A program made the translations under genes and the position numbers. Below, piece after piece: positions 42,231 through 54,434 of a DNA stretch of 64,000 bases. The number at the start of each line of letters is the position of its first letter. Position 1 is the first letter of the stretch. The stretch is from Octopus sinensis (lineage: Eukaryota): positions 36,828,001 through 36,892,000 of the forward strand of contig NC_043004.1 in NCBI RefSeq assembly GCF_006345805.1, in the 5' to 3' direction. The notes beneath the pieces were generated by a model, which was not told the origin of the DNA, did not search any database, and saw only the letters and a program-made list of their open reading frames with translations.

Positions 42231-43292
42231 CATGTATATTTGATGCGACAAACGGAAGAAATAAGTGTACATTAATTATTTATGTACAGTGAAATGGGCT
42301 CCTTTGAAGTTTCACTGGAGTTATGGCATATCATACAAAACGATCCACGAGATACAGAAAACCTATTTCCATTGACAATTCGTTTCATTTATTGCTATTG
42401 TTGTTGTTATTTTTATTACTACTACTGCTACAACTACTACAACCCCACCACCACCACCACCAGTACTACTACTGCTGCCACTACCTCAAACATAACTACA
42501 TTTTCGAATTGCTATAAAACTTAGCCACAATCAAAAACAATACATTGTGCAACGAAGTTACACTGAACACAGGAAATTTATGGCCGTTTCATAGTAACAG
42601 GCTTCGGTGTTTCTCTAGAATGCTTTTTAATTTGGTGGAAAAAAGAATAAAAGAATAGAATAGGTTGTAGACATTCACGAGACTAAATACTAAACGAGAG
42701 AAAAGGTGAAAGCATCAGAGCCATCTTTGCCAAAAACACACAACTAAAGATGAGAATACTTTCATACTCTTTCAAGATTTGTGAAATACTGAGTTCAAAG
42801 TTTCTCTCGAAAACAAAGGAATAATATGATTGGACAAGATTTAATGACAGGATGATGGCGATTAATTTTAGTATATATACACACTGAATGGGTGTGGTGG
42901 CGGTGTCAATTTATAACATGATAACATGTACTTCTCCAATGTATCGCAAGACATTAACATGCACGAAATTTGAAACTAGATACGCAGTTATCGATTGGTA
43001 GCAGGTAAGAATCTGATGTGCGCCGAGATGAGATATATCTAAAGAGAACAACGGGGACAAACAAAGGCTTTCTCTATACTTAATTTATGAAAAACTAACA
43101 GTGGCAATGTTGAATCAGTGCGAATAGATATTTCCAAATATGCTCCTGAGAAGAAATCAATATGATCAGTGTACTCTGCTCTCAGTCATATATATATATA
43201 TATATATATACAAATTAATAAATAAAACATATGCATATATACATACATATATGTACGTACCTACATCTCCATGTATATGCACATGCATATAT

Positions 43293-43535
43293 GGGTACAG
43301 GACACCAAAATAACATCGATCACAATGAGAAACGAAAACATAAGCACAAAACCAAGGAACTAGACATTTTTCTTAAACAACGAAAAAAAAAAGTACAGGA
43401 CAAATAACGCAAGGAAAATTCCCCTTCTTCAGTCGCCAGGGTTTCATCTACTCCGCGTTTCGAAGGTGAAGGCGAGATGCGACTTCGACTGAAACATTCC
43501 TTCCCGCGAAATACAAATTAAATAAAAATTTGAGA
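43293..43535 (-). mobile_element. Possible Penelope-like terminal fragment between (TA)n runs
   Basis: Minus strand GACTGAAGAAGGGG...TTATTTGTCCTGTAC has the same CTGAAGA-then-pyrimidine-rich layout as the 7684-8721 repeat. Assignment is inference. Confidence 0.3.
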
Positions 43536-43554
43536 TTTTTTTATGTATGTATGT

Positions 43555-43616
<62 letters not shown>

Positions 43617-43675
43617 GTATATATTAATATATACATATATATATACATATATATATATACATTATATATATATAC

Positions 43676-43723
<48 letters not shown>

Positions 43724-43997
43724 TAATGAGGGAGATAAATTAATATTAATTTTAATATCATACGGCCGACTACCTAGCAGTCTTGCCCTGCCAATATATA
43801 CACATATATATATATACATACATATATATATATATATATATAATATATATATATATATAATATATATATATATATACACACGCACCCCCATATACATCCA
43901 TCCATCCATATGTATATATAAACGAAAATAAGCTACGAGAAATAGCTCAGTGGCCTTTAGTGTGAATTTAAATAACAAAGACGAATAAAAAGATATT

Positions 43998-44200
43998 AGT
44001 TTAAAATTTTAGCACGCAGCCAACAATTTCGACGAAGGTGTTTAGTCGATGTCCTCGATCCCAATGAAGAATTGGTGTTTATTCTATCAACCCGTAAAGG
44101 ATGAAACGTCTGCGAAATTTGAACCCTGAATGTAAAGACGGATGAATGCCGCTAAGCATTTTGTGTGGCGTGCTAACGATTCTGTCTGCTTGCTGACTTC
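43998..44200 (-). mobile_element. Degenerate SINE family A
   Basis: Reverse complement gives GCAGACAGAATCGTTAGCACGCC...AAATGCTTAGCGGCATTC...GGTTCAAATTTCGC...GGGTTGATAGAATAAAC. Confidence 0.75.
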
Positions 44201-44576
44201 GAATAAAGAGCTATTAAATACCGTCAACATATCATCTTGACTCATAGAAATTATATTTGCTTTTACAGAAGTTTAGTGGTGATGAGGATTTTCAAACCGA
44301 GACGAACTCATACCAGTAAAATAAGACAGTATGTCGGAAGAGAAAAGAGAATAGAGGAGATGATAACGTGGAGTTATTCTTTTATTTGTAATGAGTATTT
44401 CAGACGTTATACAAATGCCTTGAGTTTCGAGCTACGAAATTCGTCATACTTTAACGTTATCCTGTAATGAAAGAGCGTGCAGTCTTCACTTTACCGATCG
44501 ACCGCTCGTTTGCAAAACCAAACATACCTACCTATGTGTGTATGTGTGTATGTATGTATGTATGTATGTATGTATG

Positions 44577-44608
<32 letters not shown>

Positions 44609-45099
44609 CATGCTGTGCGGATATTAGTACGTGCAGATGTATGTAGCAGAAACAGTGAAACGACTTTACGTATAAAAGAAACACATTTCATATAATTTTA
44701 AACGTATGTCTAGATTTGTTGTGAAATCAAGAATAATCTGCATGAAGCGATAGAAGTCCTTCTACACAGTTAAATCAGTGAGTGGCAATTATCAAGCAAT
44801 TTCGTTGAGGGCAAGCCAAGTACCTAAGTACTTTTCAGTCATTCACTTGATTATTTCCATCTCAATCAGGCTGAAATACTGAAACACACCTAACGTGTTC
44901 TGTATGGATTATAATCGAACAACCATAAATAAATATTTAAGGGTCTAAACTGGATTATTATGTATATCCTTTTACAAGTAAGAGCACGTGTGTGTGAGTG
45001 TGTGATCGGTGTTTCCTATTTGACACCAACAGGATTTGTTTATGCTTTCATAGTCTATATCAGAGAATCAATTTACCTGCGTGTAATTTTGTCATTTTT

Positions 45100-45160
<61 letters not shown>

Positions 45161-46060
45161 ATATCTGTGTATGTGTACCTGATTATTGTAATGTGTGTGT
45201 GTGTGTTAACGTCGGTCTCTTTTAATGGTAAAATACACTCGAAAATTTTCGAACAAGCTTTTGCGTCATAATTTTCATTTTGTCTTATTTTTGCGATGGC
45301 GTCAGACGTCACTGAACAGAGAACCATGGCAACTGATGAAAAGTTACTTCCCTTTTTTGACATTACTTTTGATACAACACTCGGTTATTGCGCCATTTTA
45401 AAACAATGAATATTCTCAGATCTGTTGTTTAGGAAACTTGTTTTTTTAATATGTAAAGTAATGTGAGCGTGTGAGTGTATGATTGGGAAGGGTACTTGTT
45501 TGTTAGATGACTTTCTAACCTTTGCTAAAACTCAAAGGTGTTACAACGCGGCAGAATCATTTTAACATAGATAACATAAAATATGATGCAACTAGTTTTT
45601 TTGGTTTACTTACGAGTCAAAATGTTTTGTCGCACATTTAAGACTCAATAACTGACACGATCCCCCCTGCACCGCTTTTAGCATACACAGCGACCAAGTT
45701 TTAGCTTGGCCTCACGATAACAAAACACTTCTCCGAGTGATATTAATGTCTTGCTTCTACTTGAAATGGGGAATCTTTTTCCAAAACATTAAAGAATAAT
45801 TAAACAACCTATGTCATGTAATAACTGTATTTTGTCTTTGTTTTTCTTCATTGACGTCGCCTTTGTAAACATTTATCTCATCTAAAAGTATGACAAAACT
45901 CAGGAGACTTATAATGTAAGCAGAATATAATAGATTCCGTGTGTCTTTAAATGTATAGAATCACTCTTCTATGATGAATTTTGTACACACACCACACATA
46001 GACACACGTATACAGACAATATGTCTGAGTGTCGGGACTGCCTATATGCAACATGTATAA

Positions 46061-46290
46061 GGCGACAAGCTGGCAGAACCGTTAGCACACCGGACGTAAT
46101 GCTTAGCGGTATTTCGCCTGCCTCTACGTTCTGAGTTCAAATTCCGCCGAGGTCGACTTTGCCTTTCCATCTTTCGGGGTCGATTAAATAAGTACCAGTT
46201 ACGCACTGGGGTCGATATAATCGACATAATCCGCCTGTCTGTCCTTGTTTGTCCACCCTGTGTTTAGCTGCTTGTGGGTAGTAAAGAAAT
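46061..46290 (+). mobile_element. SINE family A, first unit of a tandem dimer
   Basis: Full head, core and type-1 tail. Confidence 0.9.
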
Positions 46291-46474
46291 GCGTATTTCG
46301 TCTGTTGTTACCTTCTGAGTTCAAATTCCGCCGAGATTGACTTTGCCTCTCATCCTTCCGGGGTCGATAAATAAAGTACCAGTTTTGCACTGGGGTCGAT
46401 GTAATCGACTTAATCCCTTTGTCTGTCCTTGTTTGTCCCCTCTATGTTTTGCCTCTTGGGGGCAATAAAGAAAT
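46291..46474 (+). mobile_element. SINE family A, 5'-truncated second unit of the dimer
   Basis: Starts at GCGTATTTCGTC directly after the first unit's AAAGAAAT; has its own diagnostic substitutions. Confidence 0.9.
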
Positions 46475-46898
46475 ATATATGCAGCATGTACAGTCTTCCT
46501 CGATGCATTTTGGGGAATATTGAGTTTTATTTAAATTGTTGCATTATGTGTTATTTGACATGTATTAAACGCTGTTTATGTACAAGTATGTTTGTGTGTG
46601 CAGATGTGTGTATCGTGTGTGTGCGTGCAGATGTGTGTTTACCGTGTGTGTGCGTGCGTGTATGTGCCTGCTAGAAAGGGTCTGGATATTACGCGGTGAT
46701 GCAAGTTCAAATCCATGTCAGTTTTGCCTTTCATTCTTCATGGGTCAACAGAGAAGTATAAATCAAGATGAGGAGAAGGAGGATGGCGAAGGGGATGGGG
46801 GCTGTAGTCACACTTAATTAGGTTTTATCAATTCGTTATATTTCATTAATTTTAAATTTTAGAGTTATTCTCCATCTCACAATTCAATAATTTCAGTA

Positions 46899-47014
46899 GG
46901 TGGTGGCGGCGGCGGCGGCGGTGGTGGTGGTGGTGGTGGTGGTGGTGGTGGTGGTGGTGGTGGTGGTGGTGTGGTGGTGGTGGTGGTGGTGGTGGTGGTG
47001 GTGGCGGTGGTGGT
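46899..47014 (+). repeat. (GGT/GGC)n trinucleotide tract
   Basis: Seen directly. Confidence 0.95.
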
Positions 47015-47222
47015 GAGGACGATGATGATGACGCGAATCACCAAGCACTTATTCGTTCATTTGTTTATTTATTTACATTATCAACTTATTCAATTAATTA
47101 TTCCTCATTTACGTGTATCATAGGGTTTTTATTCATTAACCATTTTATGAAATAGAATATTTTTATTAAATTTAAATTACAGTTGCTATCACTGTAAGGT
47201 TTTAAGAATTTTCACTCGTTCG

Positions 47223-47306
<84 letters not shown>
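47223..47306. repeat. (TTA)n microsatellite
   Basis: Seen directly. Confidence 0.95.
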
Positions 47307-47944
47307 TAAGTGCTAACAATCAGCCCTAACTCAATAACTGCTCACTCTGTCACCTATTTCCCTACTTGCACTTATTCAGTTATTTACCTTAATTACTTTG
47401 TAGTTATATACACCTTTTGTTCCTATTAGTTTCTGTTACCTACATCTTACATATTTGTCATTCGTACTATAGAAGCAAGAATATCATAGACTTTGCAATT
47501 CCTTATGATAGCAAAGCAGATACCAAAGAAATTGAAACTTCAAGAAATATCCTGTGTTGTGTTTGTATGGAAACATAGTCGGTCGTCTGCTACTCATTGA
47601 AAAGTGAAGGAAATTGGAATACGATGATTACTTAATGCACTTTATATACTTTATGCACAATTTTATAGACTTAATACACAGCATTCAGAAAAATATTCAC
47701 TCTTATTTTTCCAGTTTTCCCAAACAAAAGAAAATATACCCTGTACATATGATACAAACTTTTGTTAAATTGCATATATCACGGAATTGCACTTCTGCGC
47801 ATGTGTTAAGTGACATTTGATATAAAAAAAAACTTAGTTAAAAACTAATACACTTTTCACTATCCACGCATCACCGCCGCCCCACCACCACAACAACAAT
47901 CTCCACTATCTTCACCATCATCATAATCACCCTCTCTCCCTCCA

Positions 47945-48008
<64 letters not shown>

Positions 48009-48315
48009 CTATAACCTCACCATCAGAACATCCCCCTTTGCTCTCTTTTAACTCTCTTCCTCTACCTTCAACTAACTTTTTTAACCACGTAATAAATATT
48101 ACGTTCCCCATACCACACGTCATAGACGCTCTTTCTCTCTCTCTCTGACTTTTCTATCTCTCTCTTTGTGATTCACTTTTTCTCTCTCCTTTTTTCTTTC
48201 TTCTCTCTTTCCCTTCACTAATCACTTGAAAGCGTTACAATTACATTCCCTCTACTCCACGTCATGGACGCTTCTCTCTCTCCCTCCTTTTTTCTAATCA
48301 CGTGAAAGCGTTACC

Positions 48316-48529
48316 TATTTCTATACTACCCACAAGGGGCTAAACACAGAGGGGACAAACAAGGACAGACAAATGGATTAAGTCGATTATATCGACCCCA
48401 GTGCGTAACTGGTACTTATTTAATCGACCCCGAAAGGATGAAAGGCAAAGTCGACCTCGGCGGAATTCGAACTCAAAACGTAACGGCAGACGAAATACGG
48501 CTACGCATTTCGCCCGGCGTGCTAACGTT
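48316..48529 (-). mobile_element. SINE family A with a perfect 19-bp target-site duplication
   Basis: ATCACGTGAAAGCGTTACC occurs at 48297-48315 and again at 48530-48548, flanking the element. Confidence 0.92.
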
Positions 48530-49714
48530 ATCACGTGAAAGCGTTACCGACGGGCTAAGTAACGTAATCACAAGCAGAATTACTACAAGATGATTCTGTG
48601 CAATGTCCGTTTCTATATTTTAATTTTGTGGTCAAATTATTTATCGCTGATACTAATGTAAATTTTTTGACAAAATCAGATGAATCACTTTATAATTTAG
48701 AATTCTTTTGTCTTTAGGAGCTGGGTTCAAATCCTAACATTGACTCATGTTAGATGCAGTCTACCCAGCTGACTTCCATTAAGTGCAATACACGGCGATT
48801 ATACGACCTAGCAATGTTATACTTTAAAACAAATATAGCAAACTATGGTACCGAAACTTCATAAGAATGGAATACATGAATAAATTAATATTTTACCGAA
48901 ACGAATTACTTATTTCAAAAAAAGTTAGTTTTGTATTTTGCGTTAAGTCTCTAGTATCAGAGTCCCATTTCAATTTCAAGGAATAATGGTATAGTGAGGA
49001 AGTTGTAGTGACTTCTTTGTGTGTGTCTAAAGACGACAACTCACCGATGCACATACAGTTGCAGCGTAAATAATTCTGAAATCGCTCTATCATATATAAA
49101 TCTCATAAGATATTTGTTGATTTTGTTAAAACTATAGACCACTTGCAGTGAAATAGAACGGCTCCTTTAATTATTTCGCAATAATCTGTCATTAAAGCCA
49201 ATTGCCAAAATTATCCAGAGTTCTAAATTAGTACTCTGTTTCATTTGTTTAATTAATGGTTTCAGCCAGCAATAATGTAAAATCATACAATAGCATTGCT
49301 TTGCATAAAATAATTGCCTTTAATATTTTATGAATTCAATGTCGGCAATGCTTAACAAAAGCTCTCGGTTATATTTTTTTCGAAAGCTAACACTGATACC
49401 GCCGATCTAGTTCCATTGTACAGGTATTGATTTCTTGCATGAAGCTCAAAGCTAGGTATTTATAGAGTACGGCAAATAACATTGCATAAAAGTCAGGCTT
49501 TTCTAGAGAGAATTATGGAAGAGCATGGTAGTGGCCACAATCAGAAATCAAAACTGAATGCTTCGGTTGGTATACTGCCCACAGAAGTGACAATTTAGTA
49601 GACACCAAATACTGAACATGCGTCAGAGCAAACAAAAAGAAAAAATGCAGAAGGGATGTGACACAAACGAGAAGGCTCCATTGTTCAAGAAAGAGAAGAG
49701 ATTGAAGCGATATG

Positions 49715-49757
49715 ATTGTGTTACTAAATGAGGCAGTGCCTCATTTAGTAACACAAT
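49715..49757. other. Perfect palindrome, 21-bp arms with a 1-nt spacer
   Basis: ATTGTGTTACTAAATGAGGCA-G-TGCCTCATTTAGTAACACAAT. Confidence 0.95.
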
Positions 49758-50666
49758 ACAAATTATAGCACAGGGTCAGTATGAGAGCTTAATTTCCTAG
49801 AAATAGCAACTAAAGTTTCTCTCAAAGGAAACGCTACTATCTTGAAACAGTGATGTAACATTGCACAATGTAGTTCTCGATATATCTGGAAACAGACGAA
49901 CCGGCCATTGACAGAGTGCTTTCGGCCACACTCTAATACGGGTTAATAACAACAACCTGTACCAGATGCGCCCCACCGCCTTGCTTTCTCTCTCCCTTTC
50001 CCAATATTACTATAACGATTCCTGGGAAACTCTTCTGCCGAGCAATTTACATTTCCACCCTTCGCTTATTGCTATCACTACTGTATTTTACCTTTCTTCA
50101 TTGAATCTCTCCCATTGAAGTACTATCCTATCAAGTCCCAAACTTTCTCTCTGCACACCCATGATTAAACAAAACACCGGTCATATTGATTTCTTGGACA
50201 GACTGAATGGATCATCAATATTGCCACCCTCTGTCCGACAATCAATTAATAAAAAGGAAGGTATGACCTCGCGTTGATGTCCTTTACGTAATCATGTAAT
50301 AATCACAAAATTAATCATTACAATAACCATAAATAACGTTATAATCATAAAATCAGCGATTAATTTCCCTGGGATAAAGGAACAGGGGTTTTAATAGACG
50401 AAGTAACACTGAGCAATTACTTATAAAGACGAATTTGGCAAAACTGACGGATAATGAGGAACACACTACAGCTATGAATAAAAAATGCAACACTAAAACC
50501 TGTTTATGAGCCAATACTGGCAATAACAATAATGGTAGAGAATACAGTGCTCTGTGCAAATATGAATAGTTATAATATCGAAAACAGAGCACACTGGAAT
50601 TATTTCTTACATATATTCAAAGAGGGGTCACAGATCCGATCAGCTTCATCCTGGTATGGTTCTCTA

Positions 50667-50893
50667 CCTATTTCTTTACAACCCACAAGGGGCTAAACCC
50701 AGAGAGGACAAACAAGGACAGACAAACGGATTAAGTCGATTATATCAATCCCAGTGCGTAACCGGTACTTACTTAATCGACCCCGAAAGGATAAAAGGCA
50801 AAGTCGACCTCGGCGAAATTTGAACTCAGAACGTAACGGCAGACAAAATACTGCTAAGCATTTCGCCCGGCGTTTCTACCAGATCGCCGCCTT
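50667..50893 (-). mobile_element. SINE family A, tail type 1
   Basis: Close match to 48316-48529; possible decayed TSD (TTCATCCTGGTATGG vs TTCATCGGTATAG). Confidence 0.88.
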
Positions 50894-52300
50894 TCATCGG
50901 TATAGTCCTATACCGAGATAAAACCACTCGTTCAATGTTTCGATGAGGTTCACGCTTATTTGAGGTGACGTAGAACAGCTAGAATACTTTAACATACATA
51001 CACATACACACATGTATGTATATAAGTACATGCAAAACTTACGAATTCTTCAGATGAAAGAGCAATCCCTTTATTTCCAATATTTTTATATTCTCTAATG
51101 AGCTCAAAGTATTGTAATCAAAACTGGGCCAGTCCATTATGTTATAACTGTCATAGATATGTAAAAAAAAAAAAAATCTATTGGGATCAAGACTAGTCCA
51201 GTCCATTATGTTACACATTCCATGCACAAATAAATGCTAAACACTAATTAAAGTTCTCTAAACAACCTCATTGTGGGCCTCCAAATGAAATAACATTATT
51301 TTCAGAGTTATCAAGAGAAATAAAACTGCTGTGTTATATAGTAATCACCTGAAAAACATTTAAATACAGAAGCGAGACTTATAATGGTTATGTTAATGAT
51401 GATGTTTTTACTAATCCGACTCTGAATGTGGAATATCTTCTCGGCTCTGTTTGAGATTTACATCTCATTGATATTCTACAGATGTAATTTATTTGCATTT
51501 TAGTCCTAAACACATTTATTCTTACACATTCCTGCTTTTTATGTTATCAAAAACAGAAAATTCCAGCATTTTCGGGATTTTTTGTTAGGTTGGTTACTGT
51601 TCTTATACTAAGAATTTTCAATAATCGGGCTACATCGCTATTAAAGCTTATAATCTTTTTTAAAATATAACATTTTCAATGTACATGTCATTGTTACGAT
51701 CGAAATTTTTTATCGCTTCTTTTAGCTGTTTGCTGTTGTATTTGTTACCTTCTTTTAGCAAATTTGTTGCAAAAATTCTAACTTCATTTTATTTAAATGA
51801 CTTTTTTGTTCTTCTCGCGTTTCAGAACCTGCTGTATTTTACAGCAAATAAAATCCTATGTAAACCGAAGTAATTCTAACAGAGTAACATTAAATCTTTT
51901 TTAGTTCAAAATCAAATGCTTTAAAGATTTTAAAATGCATCAACCGAATTTCCAGTTTTTAATTTTCTTTTTCTTATTCAGAAATTAAAGCAGAACATAT
52001 TGTCATTTTAAAGATTAATTTAAAAAGTTAAATTAAAATTGAATGCCCCCCTCCCTCCACTTTTTGTTTTGTTAACGGTATCTTCAATGTATTCATCAAT
52101 CAAAATATATTGAATGGTTTAGGTTCTGAAACTCATATATTCTATACCAGTTATTACCGTAACAAAAGTTTATGAGTACAAAGTCGTTTATATCAGTGAG
52201 CTGGTACTTACTGAATTTGATTACTTTTAATGAAATTAATATTGACATTTGTAGAAACAGGATCAATACTATTTTATCTTAATTAGATTTGTTCTGTATA

Positions 52301-52532
52301 TTGAAGGACTTATGCGGCTCCCATGCTTTTTTTTATTCAAGAGGTTGAATCATAAAAAGTATAAATAAGTTTATCAGGATTTGAGTAGAAATATAATCAA
52401 TTTTAATAGAAAAAATTGAAGGACTTATGCGGCTCCTATGCTTTTTTTTTTATTCAAGAGGTTGAATCATAAATAGTATAAATAAGTTTATCAGGATCTG
52501 AGTAGAAATATAATCCATTTTAATAGAAAAAA
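52301..52532. repeat. Tandem duplication of an approximately 115-bp unit (2 copies)
   Basis: TTGAAGGACTTATGCGGCTCC...TTTTAATAGAAAAAA at 52301 and 52416, with a few substitutions and a poly-T length change. Confidence 0.9.
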
Positions 52533-52665
52533 TTAAATTACTTCTCACGGACGAGAATTTCTCAAGCTTAAGCAAATTACTAAAACATTGTGTTCCCAGC
52601 AAACTCATTTCTATATTTGCTAAAACATAAAACTGTGCTGACAATATTGCTGACTCGTATATTAG

Positions 52666-52740
<75 letters not shown>

Positions 52741-52921
52741 CAAACAGGAGAAACAGAACTCAGTGAGTATGCATATATACGACAGCTTCGTCCTGAAGAA
52801 CGAGCTACAGCATATATGAAATCTTGTTGATGCAACTGTTATATACAATTACAATGTATACTGCATATGTTTCGTCTAATACACAAAGTATTAATCTCTA
52901 AATATTTCTTAAATCCAACAT

Positions 52922-52968
<47 letters not shown>

Positions 52969-53337
52969 GCCTTTGCACAGCTTCTAACACTGGAGATGTA
53001 CTACGGTGTCAGCTGTTCACTAACAGTGAACTAAGGTAACGACCCTTATATTTTGGGCACCTTCCGGAGTGTTCGAGCGGTTCCCAGCAGTGCTGTATTC
53101 TGCAAGTGCTCGACCCTTATTGCAGCCCCTATTTGTTCCATGTACTTCTCAAGATTTTTACTCACTGTTCCCAGGACTCGGACAATTATTGGTACTACTA
53201 CCACCTTTTTCATCGACCACAACTGCTTAACCTCCCAAGCTAACCTATCATATCTATCGACTTTTCTTTCTTCTTTATCGCATACCTTGTTGTCAGCTGG
53301 GCATACTATATCTATGATCCAACATAGTTTGCTTTCT
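52969..53337 (-). mobile_element. 5'-truncated R4/Dong-type LINE, subfamily B, copy 1 (RLE end plus 3' UTR)
   Basis: Minus frame KESKLCWIIDIVCPADNKVCDKEERKVDRYDRLAWEVKQLWSMKKVVVVPII--LGT...ALLGTARTLRKV matches the restriction-like endonuclease C-terminus; (AAT)n tail at 52923-52968. Confidence 0.88.
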
Positions 53338-53352
53338 TTATTATTATTATTA

Positions 53353-53392
<40 letters not shown>

Positions 53393-53760
53393 GCCTTTGC
53401 ACAGCTTCTAACACTGGAGATGTACTACGGTGTCAGCTGTTCACTAACAGTGAACTAAGGTAACGACCCTTATATTTTGGGCACCTTCCGGAGTGTTCGA
53501 GCGGTTCCCAGCAGTGCTGTATTCTGCAAGTGCTCGACCCTTATTGCAGCCCCTATTTGTTCCATGTACTTCTCAAGATTTTTACTCACTGTTCCCAGGA
53601 CTCGGACAATTATTGGTACTACTACCACCTTTTTCATCGACCACAACTGCTTAACCTCCCAAGCTAACCTATCATATCTATCGACTTTTCTTTCTTCTTT
53701 ATCGCATACCTTGTTGTCAGCTGGGCATACTATATCTATGATCCAACATAGTTTGCTTTC

Positions 53761-53761
<1 letters not shown>
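53393..53761 (-). mobile_element. 5'-truncated R4/Dong-type LINE, subfamily B, copy 2
   Basis: 369 bp, with no difference from copy 1 that I could see; same 5' breakpoint; (AAT)n on both sides. Confidence 0.88.
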
Positions 53762-53820
<59 letters not shown>

Positions 53821-54434
53821 GACGTCGCACAGTATACAATATCGTGAGGTTGCTGATTGAAGATATTGCATCTACCGGGAGGTTTGTACTGCTTTTCAAG
53901 TCTCAACAAAGACCTCAGGCAGAACTTTACGCAATATGTGTGCAGTTCCTATTAATGCTGACTTCTGCAACACATCTAGATTGTAGGATCTCCAAGGTTT
54001 TCAGATATTTTTTCAGATTGGGTGGTATTGAATCCAATGTTCCAATAACAATAAGGATAACCTTTATGTTCGACTCTTGTAGCGTCCACATCTTTGCGAT
54101 CTCAATTCTCAGGTTTCCATATTTATCAACTTTTTCTTTCTTTCTTGATGATATGTTGATCTCCTGGCACTGCTACGTCGATTATTAGGCACTCTTGTTT
54201 GTCCCTCCTAAAGGTTACTATATCCGGCCTTCGATGCTTCAACACTTTGTCTGGAAATCAAAGTCCCAGAGGATTTTTGCCTTCCCTTTTTCGTCCATTA
54301 CCTTTTCCGGTGTATGTAGGTACCAAGCACCCGTAACCTCATATCCATACTAACGGCATATTAGCCAGTGGAGGTTTTCGGCTACATTGTCGTGTCTACG
54401 CTTCTACTCTTTCTGCGCAACACTTTCACAAGCT
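53821..54434 (-). mobile_element. Degenerate R4/Dong-type LINE, subfamily A (CCHC knuckle plus RLE plus 3' end)
   Basis: Minus frames give ACESVAQKE*KRRHDNVAENLHWLIC...WYLHTPEKV...KILWDFDFQT...IDVAVPGDQHI-KKE-EKVDKYGNLRIEIAKMW...IVIGTL; (AAT)n tail at 53762-53820. Confidence 0.88.

Noticed and set aside
44259-44320. Plus-strand exon candidate after ttatatttgcttttacag
   Set aside because: Two alternative frames and donors, with no independent support.
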